The notes beneath the pieces are model-generated. The model worked only from the letters and a program-made list of their open reading frames with translations. It made no database searches and had not been told where the DNA came from. The translations under genes were made by a program, and so were the position numbers. A stretch of 63,048 nt of DNA, counting the filler, from Octopus bimaculoides (lineage: Eukaryota): NCBI RefSeq assembly GCF_001194135.2. It is 6 parts of 5 records of this genome, joined end to end, with 100 filler letters (N's around TTAATTAATTAA, not from the genome) between each part and the next. Parts side by side here need not be neighbours in the genome. Positions count along the whole stretch, not along the records: positions 1 to 29,895 come from NC_068985.1; 5 more parts are not named here. One strand, 5' to 3'. Numbering within the stretch: position 1 is the stretch's first letter; the number at the start of each line of letters is the position of its first letter. Below are positions 1-12,220 of the stretch, piece by piece.

Positions 1-334
1 CAGCATCTCTGTACATGGCTCGCACAGCTCTCACTAACCATTCTTCTATCCCAAGTTTCCTCATTGACCACCAGATAAGGGATCGGGGGACCCTGTCAAA
101 GGCTTTCTCCATGTCAACGAAAGCCAGGTACAGAGGTTTATCCTTGGCTATGTATTTCTCCTGCAGCTGTCTTACTAGAAATAAGGCATCAGTAGTGCTT
201 TTACGTGGCACGAACCCAAACTGCATCTCATCTAAATTGATTCGCTCCCTAATTAGTTGGGTTATGACCCACTCTGTAACATTCATAACCTGATCTAACA
301 GCTTGATGCCTCTGTAATTATTTGTATCTAAAGC
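1..334 (-). mobile_element. RTE-clade LINE reverse transcriptase fragment (5'-truncated, runs off window edge)
   Basis: Minus strand reads ALDTNNYRGIKLLDQVMNVTEWVITQLIRERINLDEMQFGFVPRKSTTDALFLVRQLQEKYIAKDKPLYLAFVDMEKAFDRVPRSLIWWSMRKLGIEEWLVRAVRAMYRDA without stops; NYRGI, QFGF and FVDMEKAFD are non-LTR RT motifs. Confidence 0.92.
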
Positions 335-680
335 AAAAATATTCATCAGTTTGGTGTTTATTCTCCAGTTATTTAGACTAATAACTTGATGTTTTCCTTG
401 AATTAAGAACACTAGAAATAAAAAATTAAATCAAAAAAATATAATATTATAAATATAAAATTTTGAATTAAATTGAAGTGTTTCGTTCACTTCCTTGGTT
501 GATTTCCTCAGATTTTTACTCCATGAATTTGAAGATTTGATGTGTTATGAAGAAAATTCTTGAATTTTAAATCAAATTCAAATTTATTAACTTTATATTG
601 GCAAGTGAGAGAATCTAAGTTTGCAACAAGTTTCATTTCCAAATGAAAATTCATTTCCACACCTCAATCAACTTTCTTGT

Positions 681-870
681 GGTGGTGCATGACCCAGTGG
701 TTTGGGTATTGGGTCTATGATCATAAGGTCATGGGTTCATTCCTGGACTAAGCAGCACATTGTAGTCTTGAGCAAGGTCTTTCATTTCGTAATACTCCTC
801 TATAGTGCTGGTACAACCATTTTTCTGTCCAGCTACCACATCCTTGATGTTCTGCAGCTTTGATGGGCCT
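681..870 (+). mobile_element. tRNA-headed SINE, degenerate (family C in this window)
   Basis: A-box-like TGACCCAGTGG (690-700) and B-box-like GGGTTCATTCC (733-743) followed by CTTGAGCAAG; related head on minus strand at ~15950-16040. Confidence 0.5.
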
Positions 871-1127
871 AGAGTGGTTACGTCTACAGAGGCACCTAAA
901 ACAGTGGAAACATGATACAAACTAACAAGTCATATTCATCATACAGCTGTAAGGTATTGTATCATGTTTATTGTTGCCTTGAGAAAGGATGAATACCACA
1001 AATTCCAATGTCCAATCTTTATAAATTCTACCCAATAAGAAATCAATATATTGGGTTTTATCTACTCACAGACTATTCTAATCTGCTAATGTAGAAAGGA
1101 CTTCTCTCTTCTCTATCTCTATCACTT

Positions 1128-1173
<46 letters not shown>

Positions 1174-1595
1174 CCTCTCTCTTTCTCCATCACAGTCTGA
1201 TCACCATTACAAATGGTATGCTGGATCACTGCTTTGTTCTAAACCATTTAACTGCTTATCTCAATGCCTCTACATCTCTCTGCTCAATCATGATTGGCAA
1301 TCAATAAAATATTTTAGTTTTTCATTTATTTTATAGCTTTTTAATGGCCACAGTTCAGCTGTTTCACTACTGGCAGCAGTTTCTCTCATGACTTTAAGTC
1401 TGGTAACACCTATTGTTTTGTATTCCTTTTCGTCCATGAAATAACAATGATGATCTCCCCTACCTTACAGATTTATAACATTACCAAAAACTGTGACCCA
1501 TTCTTCAGGGGCGCAAAATGCTTGACCTATGATCGATTGTTGGCTCTCTACAAAGACCAAATAAGACCACCTTCGTTCGTAGGACAATATACCTG

Positions 1596-1646
<51 letters not shown>

Positions 1647-1835
1647 GAGCTAGAAATGCATCTAGGGCTCCATTTCAATATCTACTATTTCATGCTTGCA
1701 AGGGTTTGATGGCAGTCACCAAGGCAGATTTTTCTGTGGCGTTTTGTTGCCAACCCTCTCCTGTTTCCATGTTTATTAATATATCTCCATTGCTAGAAAT
1801 ATCTAGATTGGAAATGAAGGACAGAACATGTGTTT

Positions 1836-1950
1836 CTTTCCCTTTCCATCTACCAGATTCCTTTACAAGGCTTTGGTCTGCCTAGGGCTGAAGTAGTAGA
1901 AGACACTTGTTCAAGGTGTAACTGAATGAACCCAGAACCATGTTGGCAAG
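1836..1950 (-). mobile_element. SINE family A 5' part, decayed
   Basis: ctaccagattcc..caaggctttggtc..gtagaagacacttg..caaggtg..gaacccagaaccatg aligns by eye to the reverse complement of the full copy at 53617-54010. Confidence 0.6.
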
Positions 1951-2659
1951 CAAATTTCTCTGCCCCCCCCCTGCCTGCCTCCAGTCATGCATTCATCTAT
2001 TACAAAAAAAAATACCATTTTCTGGGTTATAAATACCATTCCTGTTGCTAACTAACACCTTTTTCTCAAGTGAGAGATTCTTTTAATTTCGTTCTGTCCT
2101 CAAAGGTGTAGAGACGCAGGATTTGTTGACTGGAAATACCATCAAATATTCTCTTTTTTATAGCAGACATTCTTCATGTTTCCATGAAGAATGCATGCAT
2201 TCACAGACACTGATACATGTGCATAATTCATACACATCTGTTTGTAAATATTGAATGTCATCATCATCGTTTAATGTCCAAGTTTGAAGCTGACATTTGT
2301 TCAACAGATACTTGCACACACACACACACACACTCACTCAGATGCACACACTACGATTTTATTAGCAGAAAGTTATAAGAAGGGACTCAAGTGGGTCTGA
2401 TGTGTGTCATGTACAAAAGTAACTCTGGAGTTACTTTTCTAAGTTCAAATCATGCCAATGTTACATTTGAATTCCATCTTTTTTGAAGCCAATGAAGAAT
2501 GTAAACCTCCAGGGTAATGGAATTAGTAAATTGAAAGAAAGTCAGACTGGAAGTCTTACAGTATTTGTGCTGTGTTGTGGCCTTCTGAGTTCAAATCCTG
2601 TTAGAAGTAACCCATCACCTAGTTTCACACCGACACCATCAGCTGTGCTGCCTTTAGTA

Positions 2660-2994
2660 CAAAGGTTCTCAAACTTTTTGGGCCACTGCCCACCTCATGG
2701 TCACATAACACCCTCAGCGCCACCACCCCTATTTTTATGTATAGATAAATATTTTATATTTTACCAATTTATATATACTATGAATCATCTGATATTTAAT
2801 ATAATATTATATAATTTGTATACAATACTATAACAATATCATAATAATTCATAGTGTCCCCTAATTCACTGCCTTCCTCCCAAGGCCTCCTTTTTCTCTA
2901 CCACCACCACCACCACCACACTTAGGCACCAGCGCCCACCTGGACCGTCTCAATGCCCACCGGGGGGGGGGGTAGCTCACTTTAAGAGCCTGTG
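2660..2994. mobile_element. hAT-like MITE with 8-bp target-site duplication
   Basis: Left end CAAAGGTTCTCAAACT vs reverse complement of right end CACAGGCTCTTAAAGT (12/16); flanks CTTTAGTA (2652-2659) and CTTTAGAA (2995-3002). CA-starting TIR plus 8-bp TSD is typical of hAT. Confidence 0.7.
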
Positions 2995-3355
2995 CTTTAG
3001 AAGAAATCAATGGGTTGTATGACTTCAGGCCAAGACTCTCTTTGGAAGATACCTTCTTTCCAAATATCCATTGGTGCCTGAGGACCTCTCAAGGGTTATG
3101 GTCACTGTCCACATTCCTGACTTAAAAAAAAAAATAATCATAATTCGTATTTTTTCAGTTTTCTAGTTTTTTGGTTATTTTTGCATTTTTTAATATTCTT
3201 TTTGGTATCAGCTGACAAAAATAGGAACTCTCTCTTGAGGACCACTTATATATTTCTGTGTATGTCTGGTCTGTGTAAATATGTGTGTGTCTGTGTAGAT
3301 ATATCCGCATATATATATGTACAGAATTGAATGTATGGTTGTGTATAAGTGTTTT

Positions 3356-3402
<47 letters not shown>

Positions 3403-5469
3403 GAACGGAGACACAGAATGCAAACACTACACAATATTAATGACTTTTATATATCAATTTCCTTTGTATTTATTGACACAGCTGGCAAAAGCTGATAAAG
3501 AGTTCGATTAGAAGAGTGAAAAGGGCATATCTTCTGATGAGCAACACAGTTTTGTGTCTGCAGAAGAACCATTTTACTTATAATAACTTTCATCAACAAG
3601 CAGTGTTACAATATAACATTGAGAAATGGTTTGTTAAGTGGTGCTCAATTCAAATCCATCCATTAATATAAGTTGAGGAGCTTTGGACACCAGTAAACTG
3701 AATTGCACTTGATATTTCACAGAGGAGCAGGGTTTCTAAGGGAAACAAACAATCCTAAGGATGATGTACAAAACCCAGCATAGTGTTTTCAAATCACAGA
3801 AATTTCCTGCAACAAATATGAGCAGAGGGCATGGATGCGTGGTTATGAAGCTTCTGTCTGAACCATGTGATCTTGAGTTTGTGGTCCCAGAACAGAGACA
3901 AGGAAGTGTTTAGAGAATTTTCTAGTCATGCTGAAGGCATGACAACATCTTTAATGTTGGTGCCATGATAAAAAGTACATTCTGTTAAATGGGTGGTGTA
4001 ACAAATGGAATTTAGGCACGGAAGCCTTGCTGAAATAGCATGATTGAGTGAACCTTATATGTTCAGTAGATCTTAGGAAGACATGACCCAAATAAAACTA
4101 AGCTGGAAGGTTACCTGTCCAATCCATGTCAGCATGGAAAGTAGATGTAAAATGACAACGATGGTTGTGATGGTGGTGATGATGTATGTGCATGTTTGAG
4201 TGTGTGAGTGTAAATATATGAGTATGGATGCATGTGTAAAGTTGCATGCATAGACATGTACATACACATACACACACATATAAGTATGCATGGTTGCATA
4301 CATCTAAAAACATATATAAAGACATAACTACGTAATATGCACACAAACATACTTGTGAGCATGTATTACTAAAGTTGTCGATCATGTTCTATGAAACTAT
4401 ACAATGCCTCTCTGATCCAAATTAGTCACCCAAATGGATTTAGTTTTGGAACAAACCTGTCAAAAGAAAGAGCTTATTTGATTTTTCAGAAATTTAGTGC
4501 ACATTCGAGCTGAGCAGCTGTTAGCTATATATTGCTTCTTCTAATTGAATTTAGCTTTTACTTATATATGGGTTGAAAACAAATGAAAGATGTATGAGAG
4601 AAAGGACTAAGTGTTTTAGTTTTTTTAAAGAAATTTTGTAGCCAGAATGCTGTTTCTCATATCTGGACAGAAGGAAAATTAATCTAATCTTCGAAGATGG
4701 GAAGAAATAAGTATTAAGACTTAGAGATAAAGTTCTTTAAATTTTAGTTTTTTAGTGTAATGCTAAACTCTTACTTGTCAAATTCTCATTATGGAATTGA
4801 ATTAAAAAAATACTGGAAGAAGATTAACATTTTGAATAACAAACATTTCTGTGTAGAAAACTACTACTACACACATTTGAAATGAAATTGCAATTTTCAT
4901 GGTTTAGTTTTCATTTTTTTAAAAGGAAAAGATAAAAATAATGAATAAATAATGAAAATATGGAATAAATCAATAAATGAAAGAAAAAGAAAATAGCAGG
5001 AAAAAAAAAACAGCATCAGCCTCAACCGACCAGCTAACCAGCCAACCAGCCACCCAAACATTGCAGAAAAGAATTTCTGAAGTGGTTGAAGGCCAGGCAG
5101 AAAGTTTTTATAAATGCTTGAATATTGTTTTAAGTTTTTAGTTAAATCTCGCCATATTTGTCCTCTCAGAAACCAACAGATTGGCAGAGTCATCAGAGCA
5201 TTGGATAGAATACCACTCTCTACTTGCAACAATTCTCTGTTCAGTCGGTTCAAATTCTACCAAGATCAATTTTACCTTTCTTCTTTTTGGTTCATGGAAT
5301 GAAGTACCAATGCCAGTAGTCAGACCGATTCTTTTCTCCCTATTACCAAATTCAAAGGTCACAACTTATCAAACAATATTTTGTGCAAACTCATCTTGAG
5401 GATTAAATCTGGAGTACACATGTCTATGAAATCCTCGGATGTTTACAGATTAATTTCATGAGCAGAAAT

Positions 5470-5625
5470 TTAGTTGATTAAACAAGTGAATGTTCATTAC
5501 TGGCCCCAGATTGATGAATGATAAAGTCACCCTAACACAGGATTTGAACTCAGAAGCTAAAGAATCATTACAATCACAAGGTATTTTTGTCCGAAACTTC
5601 TAATAATTCTACCATTCCAACACCA
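5470..5625 (-). mobile_element. SINE family B, decayed
   Basis: gataaagtcacc..ggatttgaactcagaa..ggtatttttgtccg..taataattctacc is the reverse complement of the family B head seen at 7077-7283. Confidence 0.5.
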
Positions 5626-6437
5626 CACTAAATAATTTGCAAAATTGACGTATTCTCTTCAATTATCTTTAAACATTATCTTCATATATCCTCAAACAAT
5701 CTTAATTCTCAACATCTTTGATCTTTAGATAACTGAAGTATTGTTGTTGTTGTCATTGTTGTCATTGATATTACTGTAATCATTATCATCCTCCTCCTCC
5801 TCATCATCATCATCACCGTAGTTGTCATCATCTGAAAACATTTGCCATCTTTTACCTTTTTAGATCCAAGAGCTCCACCATTCTACTTAATTCCAGATCC
5901 AAAATTTTCAGCAAATACAAGTATAGGGACAAATTTCTTTTGATGAATTGGAGAATGCCACCCGCTTCAGATTGAGCTGTTGTCTTGCAGACTTTAGAGC
6001 TGACTCCATTAAATTATTCTACAACAACTAGTTTTAATTATGATTTCTACAATTGAATGAAACATGACTCTAATTTTCTTTTGGTTCTTTTCTTTTTCCT
6101 TTTTTGTTCACCCTTCAACATTTAGCATCAACCTTCTTGCTTTTTTCTCATATTTTTCTTGTAGTTTCTCATGTTTCAGCATTCTGATTTTTAAATAGGA
6201 CAGACTATGTGCTCAGAGCCCGAAGATTGCTAGGAGACACAAGGCATATTATAAAAACCTACCTAGCCTGGTGTCTTCATAGCAAGAAACTATAAATAGC
6301 TCATATTTTTATATTGTGTACATTAAATGATAATTATCTCTCACTGACTGGATGGAATACCTTTTTGTTTATCCTACCTTTATGGAACAGTAAACCTTAT
6401 GTATTCACACACACACAAACACATGTATATATGCCTG

Positions 6438-6474
<37 letters not shown>

Positions 6475-6864
6475 CTGCAAAAGGAAAAATACTCTACAGA
6501 TATATAGAGGTATGGTATATCTTATTAGTGGAAATGGCTTGTTTGCCTCTCACATTCATTTCACATAAATATTAATTAAATACTTACACACACACAAATA
6601 ATTTTTACATCCAGCTCTACCTATGTTCCATTGCTGTTATTTGGAACCTCCTGCCAAGTATCCATCAAATAATTGACCAATGATATTCTACTGAAACATA
6701 AAGCAGCTGTTTTAGTCCCATATTGGTTGTTGTGCTTCACTGAAGTGCAGCATGCAGTCACCTCCATGGTGCACTAGCTTCATAACAAATCTCGTGCTCT
6801 TTCCATAATGTGTGCATTTTTATACACACACATGCACACATATACATGCATTAACACATGCATA

Positions 6865-7650
6865 CACAAAGAGCTCTAGAATCCCATGGCTAAAATCTCT
6901 GCATTTGGATGTGTAAATGAATGACTATGAAAAAAAATCTGTAAAATCTCAATGAAAGTAAAATGTAAAGTATATAGAGCCATTGTCATCTCAATTCTAT
7001 TGTATGGAGCTGACGCTTGAATTCTTTACAAAATACAGGTGAGAAGGATCAGTTCCTTTCTCATGCAATACCTGAGCGAGCTGGCAAAATTGTTAGCATG
7101 GTGGACGAAATGCTTAGCGGTATTTCACCTGCTGCTATGTTCTGAGTTCAAATTCCACCGAGGTCGACTTTGCCTTTAATCCTTTCAGGGTCGATGAAAT
7201 AAGTAGCAGTTACACATTGGGGTCGATGTAATCGACACCTACCTGTCCCCCAAATTTCAGGCCTTGTGTCTATAGTAGAAAAGAATATCTCAGAGTCATC
7301 ACGAATATCGAATGATGGCAACATATCTCAAAACTCTGAAGTTTTCAGGAAGGCTGGCTTTCAATTCTTGCACCATGGATGCAGAGAAATCTCTGTTGGG
7401 CATATCACATTGCCAGATTTGGTGATGATAGACTTCTGAAGAAAGTCCTTTTTTTGGCAACAAGCAGAAGGCTATTGAAACATTCAAGGATACTATCAAG
7501 CAAAATCTAAAGGCTCTATTCATATCTACTGACAAGTGGTACCAACAGATGATCACTTTATCAGGAGAAATTGGTAAAAATAAAATTATCATCAAATATG
7601 ACTCACACTTCAGGAACTTAAATTTTAGGGCGGACAAGTGGAAAGCAATT
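6865..7650 (+). mobile_element. Degenerate RTE-clade (BovB-like) LINE, C-terminal RT region, split by a SINE
   Basis: Translates with stops/frameshifts as ..ISMKVKCKVYRAIVISILLYGADA*ILYKIQVRRISSFLMQYL / WQHIS..SEVFRKAG / ARFGDDRLLKKVLF..FKDTIKQNLK; matches RTE motifs KVYRAVV..LLYG.E.W, WQD...N.EVL, RM.DDRLPK. Confidence 0.8.
7077..7283 (+). mobile_element. tRNA-headed SINE family B, near full length
   Basis: Head GAGCTGGCAAAATTGTTAGC, B box GAGTTCAAATTCC, body GGTCGACTTTGCCTTT..GGGTCGATG; flanked by degenerate 10-bp TSD AATACCTGAG (7067-7076) / AATATCTCAG (7284-7293). Confidence 0.8.
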
Positions 7651-7803
7651 GAAATTGAGATCCTCACAATGAACTGGTGAGGCTGGAGGGTATATCAATA
7701 CCCAGCCATGGAAAATCTACCTCAAAGAATCTTGTCTGGCAACATGCAAATATGAAAATGTGGATGGTAAATGGTAATGACAATGGTATATAAATATATG
7801 GGG

Positions 7804-7841
<38 letters not shown>

Positions 7842-8079
7842 GGGGGGAGGGTCAGCTATCAATATTAGTATTGCTGCTGATATAACCAACGTTTTGATGG
7901 TATGATGGTATTGACAGCTCTGACAGTATTCTGGGCTTTCATTGTTTCATCTTCATGGAGAAGTGTTGTTGCTGCCTGTTTATGGCAGGCAAGGCTAATG
8001 GCATTGATGTTGGCACTAATGCTAGCATTTAAGTATTCAACTATTATACATCATCATCAATCGGGTATGCATTATTTTA

Positions 8080-8345
8080 TTTCGCTTAGTGTATGCTATA
8101 TCTATGTTTAATTTAACACTGTGCTATGATATATGTGCAGTGCTTCCATTACTAATGCCTTGTTTTGTGGGGAATTCTATACAGGGTGCTTGTGTTCTTC
8201 ACAAATGTTTTCCTATCTAGTTTTGTGTTATGAGGGAACATATCACAATTGTTCCTTGTTGTCACATACATAAAAATATGTCTGTATCTGGATTCCTGTC
8301 TGTGTTTATGTTCATTGATTTAAAGCCTGGTGTTAATATAATTGA
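8080..8345 (-). mobile_element. Possible highly degenerate Penelope-like GIY-YIG remnant
   Basis: Minus strand gives YINTRL*INEHKHRQESRYRHIF and, after a frameshift, KALVMEALHI, reminiscent of PLE R.NEH and EALHI motifs; several disruptions. Confidence 0.3.
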
Positions 8346-9076
8346 GTAAAATCATTGAAGGCAGAACTCTAAAACAGCGAAAAGGAAAGAATAAAGGAAT
8401 ATAAAAGATAAAATATCAAGCGGTTAACATGGAAACAAATACATTTCATATTTATGTGTATGAAGAGAGATTTTGAAATTGGTCTTCAATCATAAATCCA
8501 ATTTTAGAAATGAGGGAAAGAGGAATAACGCTGCTTTGTCTCGATATATGTGTGTCACAGGAGATAAAAATTGCTTTGACCAATTGGAGTTCACATCAAC
8601 TGAATAATCATCAAACATAACAAACACTACATAAATATCACACAAATAAGGCCAACAATGTGATGCAGAGAAATGCCATATAATACACCAAACATAATTA
8701 AATTAGAAACAGACAGAGGTAATGTCAAAATGACGTCACAAAAACAAATTCTACCTGACAAATTACAGCAGTAAAATAGAACTTGATTGCTCTTTTAGGC
8801 ACAAACAATAGAATCAGCAAGAAATTTAGAGCATATTGTTTCACAGAACTGAATAGAAACAATAGTTCTATTTGCCTTTACTGTGGAATTAGGAAACTGT
8901 TTGAAAATTTGGCTGGACAGTCATTCCTGGAATGCTCTTGATCAGAAATCTTAGCTAGCAGGGTTGAGCTGGGGTTTAATAACAATAAAATATATTACAA
9001 AACCTCACATATATAACTCTTCATTATACATAACTTTTATTACTTTACATCTCATAGATCACATATTTTTCTCTGT

Positions 9077-9109
<33 letters not shown>

Positions 9110-9379
9110 GCATACACACACAGACACACACACACTCATATATGTATATACATCACAAATATTCCCCTGTATATGAAGTGAACCTTATTTCATTTGCAAC
9201 AGAGATGTAGAAATACAACAAAGACAACCAGACAAACATATATAAATGTTGCAAGTGAATGAATCTTCTAATAAGCCTTCAGCCTGTGAGAAATAGCAGT
9301 GAAATATCCCTCAAATCATAATCAATTACCTTGAATAATAAAAAAAATCATCAGATGAGGCAACCTTATATATAAGGAA

Positions 9380-9726
9380 CCTGTGGAAGAGGTAGATTCA
9401 GGAAGACATGGGATGAGGGGATGAAGCGTGATCTTCGAATGCTGGGCCTCATGGGTGGTCATGGCAAGAAACCGAGACCTTTGGTGATATGCTTGAGAAG
9501 ACCTATGAAGCCAGGTGAGATCACAATCATGGCCGATGCTGGGGTCACATGCCAGTGACCCGTAAAATCACTCACTACACTCTTGGAGTGGTTGGCACTG
9601 AAAATGGTATCCAGCTGCAGAAACTATGCAAATTCAGATTGGTGCAGCTCCCCAGCTTACCAGTTTTCAGTCAAACTGTCTAACCCATGCCAGCGTCGAA
9701 AGTGGACGTTAAATGATGATGATGCC

Positions 9727-9757
<31 letters not shown>

Positions 9758-9820
9758 GTAGTGGTGGTGGTAGTGGTGGTGGTGGTGGTGGAGGTGGAGG
9801 TAGTGATTATGATGATGATA

Positions 9821-9861
<41 letters not shown>

Positions 9862-9905
9862 GATGATGATGATTGTGAAGATGATGATGATGGTGATGAT
9901 GATAT
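9380..9905 (+). mobile_element. RTE LINE 3' end (ORF C-terminus, 3' UTR, expanded (GAT)n tail)
   Basis: GRGRFRKTWDEGMKRDLRMLGL at ~9383-9450, UTR ending ..ctaacccatgccagcgtcgaaagtggacgttaaatgatgatgat, then ~190 bp of GAT/GGT triplets. Confidence 0.85.
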
Positions 9906-10200
9906 ACTGTCTAAAAATATGATTGGGGCTGTCCTGACTATAAGGTGTTTGATCATAGGTTGCGGTTGACCTATGGTTAAAACAACAATAAACACACACA
10001 AATATGCAGGTTTATTAGGTGCAGGCATGGTCATGGAGTTAAGAACTTCACTTCCCACCCACATGGTCTAGGATTCAGTGCAGTTCAAGGTTTGGGAATT
10101 TCGTAAGTACAGGAAGAGGAATTTATTCATAGCATTAATTTTTGTATTTCTTTTAAACAATTTCATCTCACCTCTGAAGCATAAGAACTCAGCACTGAAA

Positions 10201-10424
10201 CCCTTTTGATACCAATCTGGCTGAATCCACCTCTGTCTCTGTTGAACAAATGTTTTGTTTTCATAAGTTCTGAATTAAAATCTTCCACCAAACCTTAGTC
10301 ACAATTTATGTTCCTAACACTAAGCTGAATGATAACTAAGTTATTTTACTAAATTCTTTGTTATATTTAAAATTAATTGAAAGAAACACAAAAGCATCTC
10401 AAAATAAATATGGTAACAAAAGGG
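10201..10424. mobile_element. piggyBac-like MITE
   Basis: TIR CCCTTTTGATACCA vs reverse complement of right end CCCTTTTGTTACCA (13/14); TTAA directly after right end, left flank GAAA (degenerate). Confidence 0.55.
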
Positions 10425-11365
10425 TTAAGGATGACTCTTTCACTCTAGATTTGATTTGGTTCTTTATTATGTTGTTACACATCACTCTCAACATAGGTGC
10501 TTCCTAAACCAGGAGAGGCATCACTGATAAAATGGTCAGCATCATCCTCATTCCTCTCAAGTGGTTCATTTTTACACCTTCCATAATACATGTGAACCAA
10601 AGTTCCGGTCATATTCCTTGTAATGCAAACTGTTTTGTTTCCAGCTGGAATTACAAGATTTAGAATTTTATTTTACGCAACACATCTGCTCATTTATGAA
10701 ATAGGACATGTTCAAAGGTTCTCATACCTGATGGCTGATTAATAATGAAAATCTTTGGAGCGTATCACAATGAAGAATAAGAGGTGTCCAGAAAATTTGC
10801 CATGAGAAAATTTGCTGTTATTGGAAATTTTGTTGTAAAGGAGGCACACAAGCAAACTGTAAACTAAATAACTCATTTTAAAGAAATAACCTTTCTCTAA
10901 TTGGTAGGTTAGTTGATGAAGTTGCCATTATAAGGAAACAGCTAATCTATTTTTCATTCCTCTTTTTTTTTTTTTTGCAATTTATGTTTTTTTATGGTGA
11001 GTTTTGCCACAGTTAAAATGTTTTCAGCAAAATTTCCTATAACTGAGGAATAATATAATTACTGGACAATAGTTGGAATAAAAATTACTGGAAACCACTC
11101 TGAAAGTGTGAATGTCTTTAAGATTGTTTTAATGTTTTGAACCATTCCTTAGGCAATCCCATTTGATTGATGGTGAAATAGAGTATTATGTAAAGAATAC
11201 AACCAAATCCCTTAAACTCAGAATAGGGACAATCATTATGAAATTTGTGGGTGTTATCTAATATCAAAAATCTTTGGCAGTGTCTTCTGTTATAGCCATG
11301 GGCTGACCAAAGCCTTATCAGAGTATTTGGTACTTGGAAATTGAAAGAAGACTGTCTTACACACA

Positions 11366-11400
<35 letters not shown>

Positions 11401-12220
11401 CTACAGAACTGATATCAAACGATGAAATTTACCTGCAGCTGATTGAAAGTGGATTCTTTGTTTCTAGAGTTTACATGTCTTCCCAAATAAGGAATATTTG
11501 CTCTGCAAAAACACCTGTAAATACTGAACAATTCTATTTAAACAATCACCTGTGGAAATTCATAAAATTTGCATTTACAAAATTTCTACATATTGGTTAT
11601 GCAAAAGACAGCAATTTTAGTCAATATTCCTCATGAAATGATGACCGATAGACAAAATACCATTTGCTGGCATCAAGTGACAATTTCCCAACCGCAATTG
11701 TTCCAAAACCTTTTAAAGATGGGACATCTGGAATTTGTGCATAATGAATGTCATTTTTATTAATCGTTCTTCAATATTGAAATCACTTTGACCAGACTTA
11801 TTGAACTCACAATATCAATTTAATAAAGAATATTTTATAATGTCGATTTAGAAGTGGTTCATCCAGCAGTGATCAATGACTTTTTAAGGCTTGACTGAAT
11901 TCTTTATAGTCACACATTTCATCACACCACTGACTTTTGGTAAAAAGAAATTCATGGTCTGCTTCACACCACCAGTTCATTTATTACTATCTTTCAAGTT
12001 CTTTGTTCTCAAGCTGGCTGCAAAACCTCTTATCTATGCTTCGACAAGGTCAGAACAAGTCAACAGCACCAATTTGGATCCAACAGCCAATAGCAATGCC
12101 ATTTGTTATGAGGTAAATAATTCCTGAAATATAACAATAAACAGTTCAACAAAGAAATCTATATAAGACATAACAATATATAACAGAAAGTTCAGCAGAA
12201 TATATACCAAAGGACACTTT

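Noticed and set aside
15-293. Plus-strand 92-aa ORF (and its twin 29569-29850 minus)
   Set aside because: Antisense shadow of the RTE RT fragments.
331-352. CTGATGA just upstream of both young RTE 5' junctions (also 29560-29570)
   Set aside because: Different distances from the junction, n=2, common 7-mer in GAT-rich DNA.
3534-3570. CTGATGA followed by a hairpin (ACACA-gttt-TGTGT) and AGAAGA
   Set aside because: No GAAA core, no stem III/I pairing; not a supportable hammerhead.
7900-7945. Minus-strand CTGTCAA..CAAAACGTT downstream of the weak PLE remnant
   Set aside because: Too many core mismatches to call a hammerhead.
9583-9969. Poly-Asp/Gly ORF; likewise poly-His 38910-39263, poly-Asp 39760-40197, poly-Ser 44885-45274, poly-Ile 22099-22750
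   Set aside because: Triplet microsatellites lacking stops in some frames; no complex domain.
10727-10814. Minus-strand exon that would bridge the phases of the 11433 and 10644 candidates
   Set aside because: Overlaps a gaaaatttgc-repeat segment that looks like a transposon subterminal region; likely coincidental.
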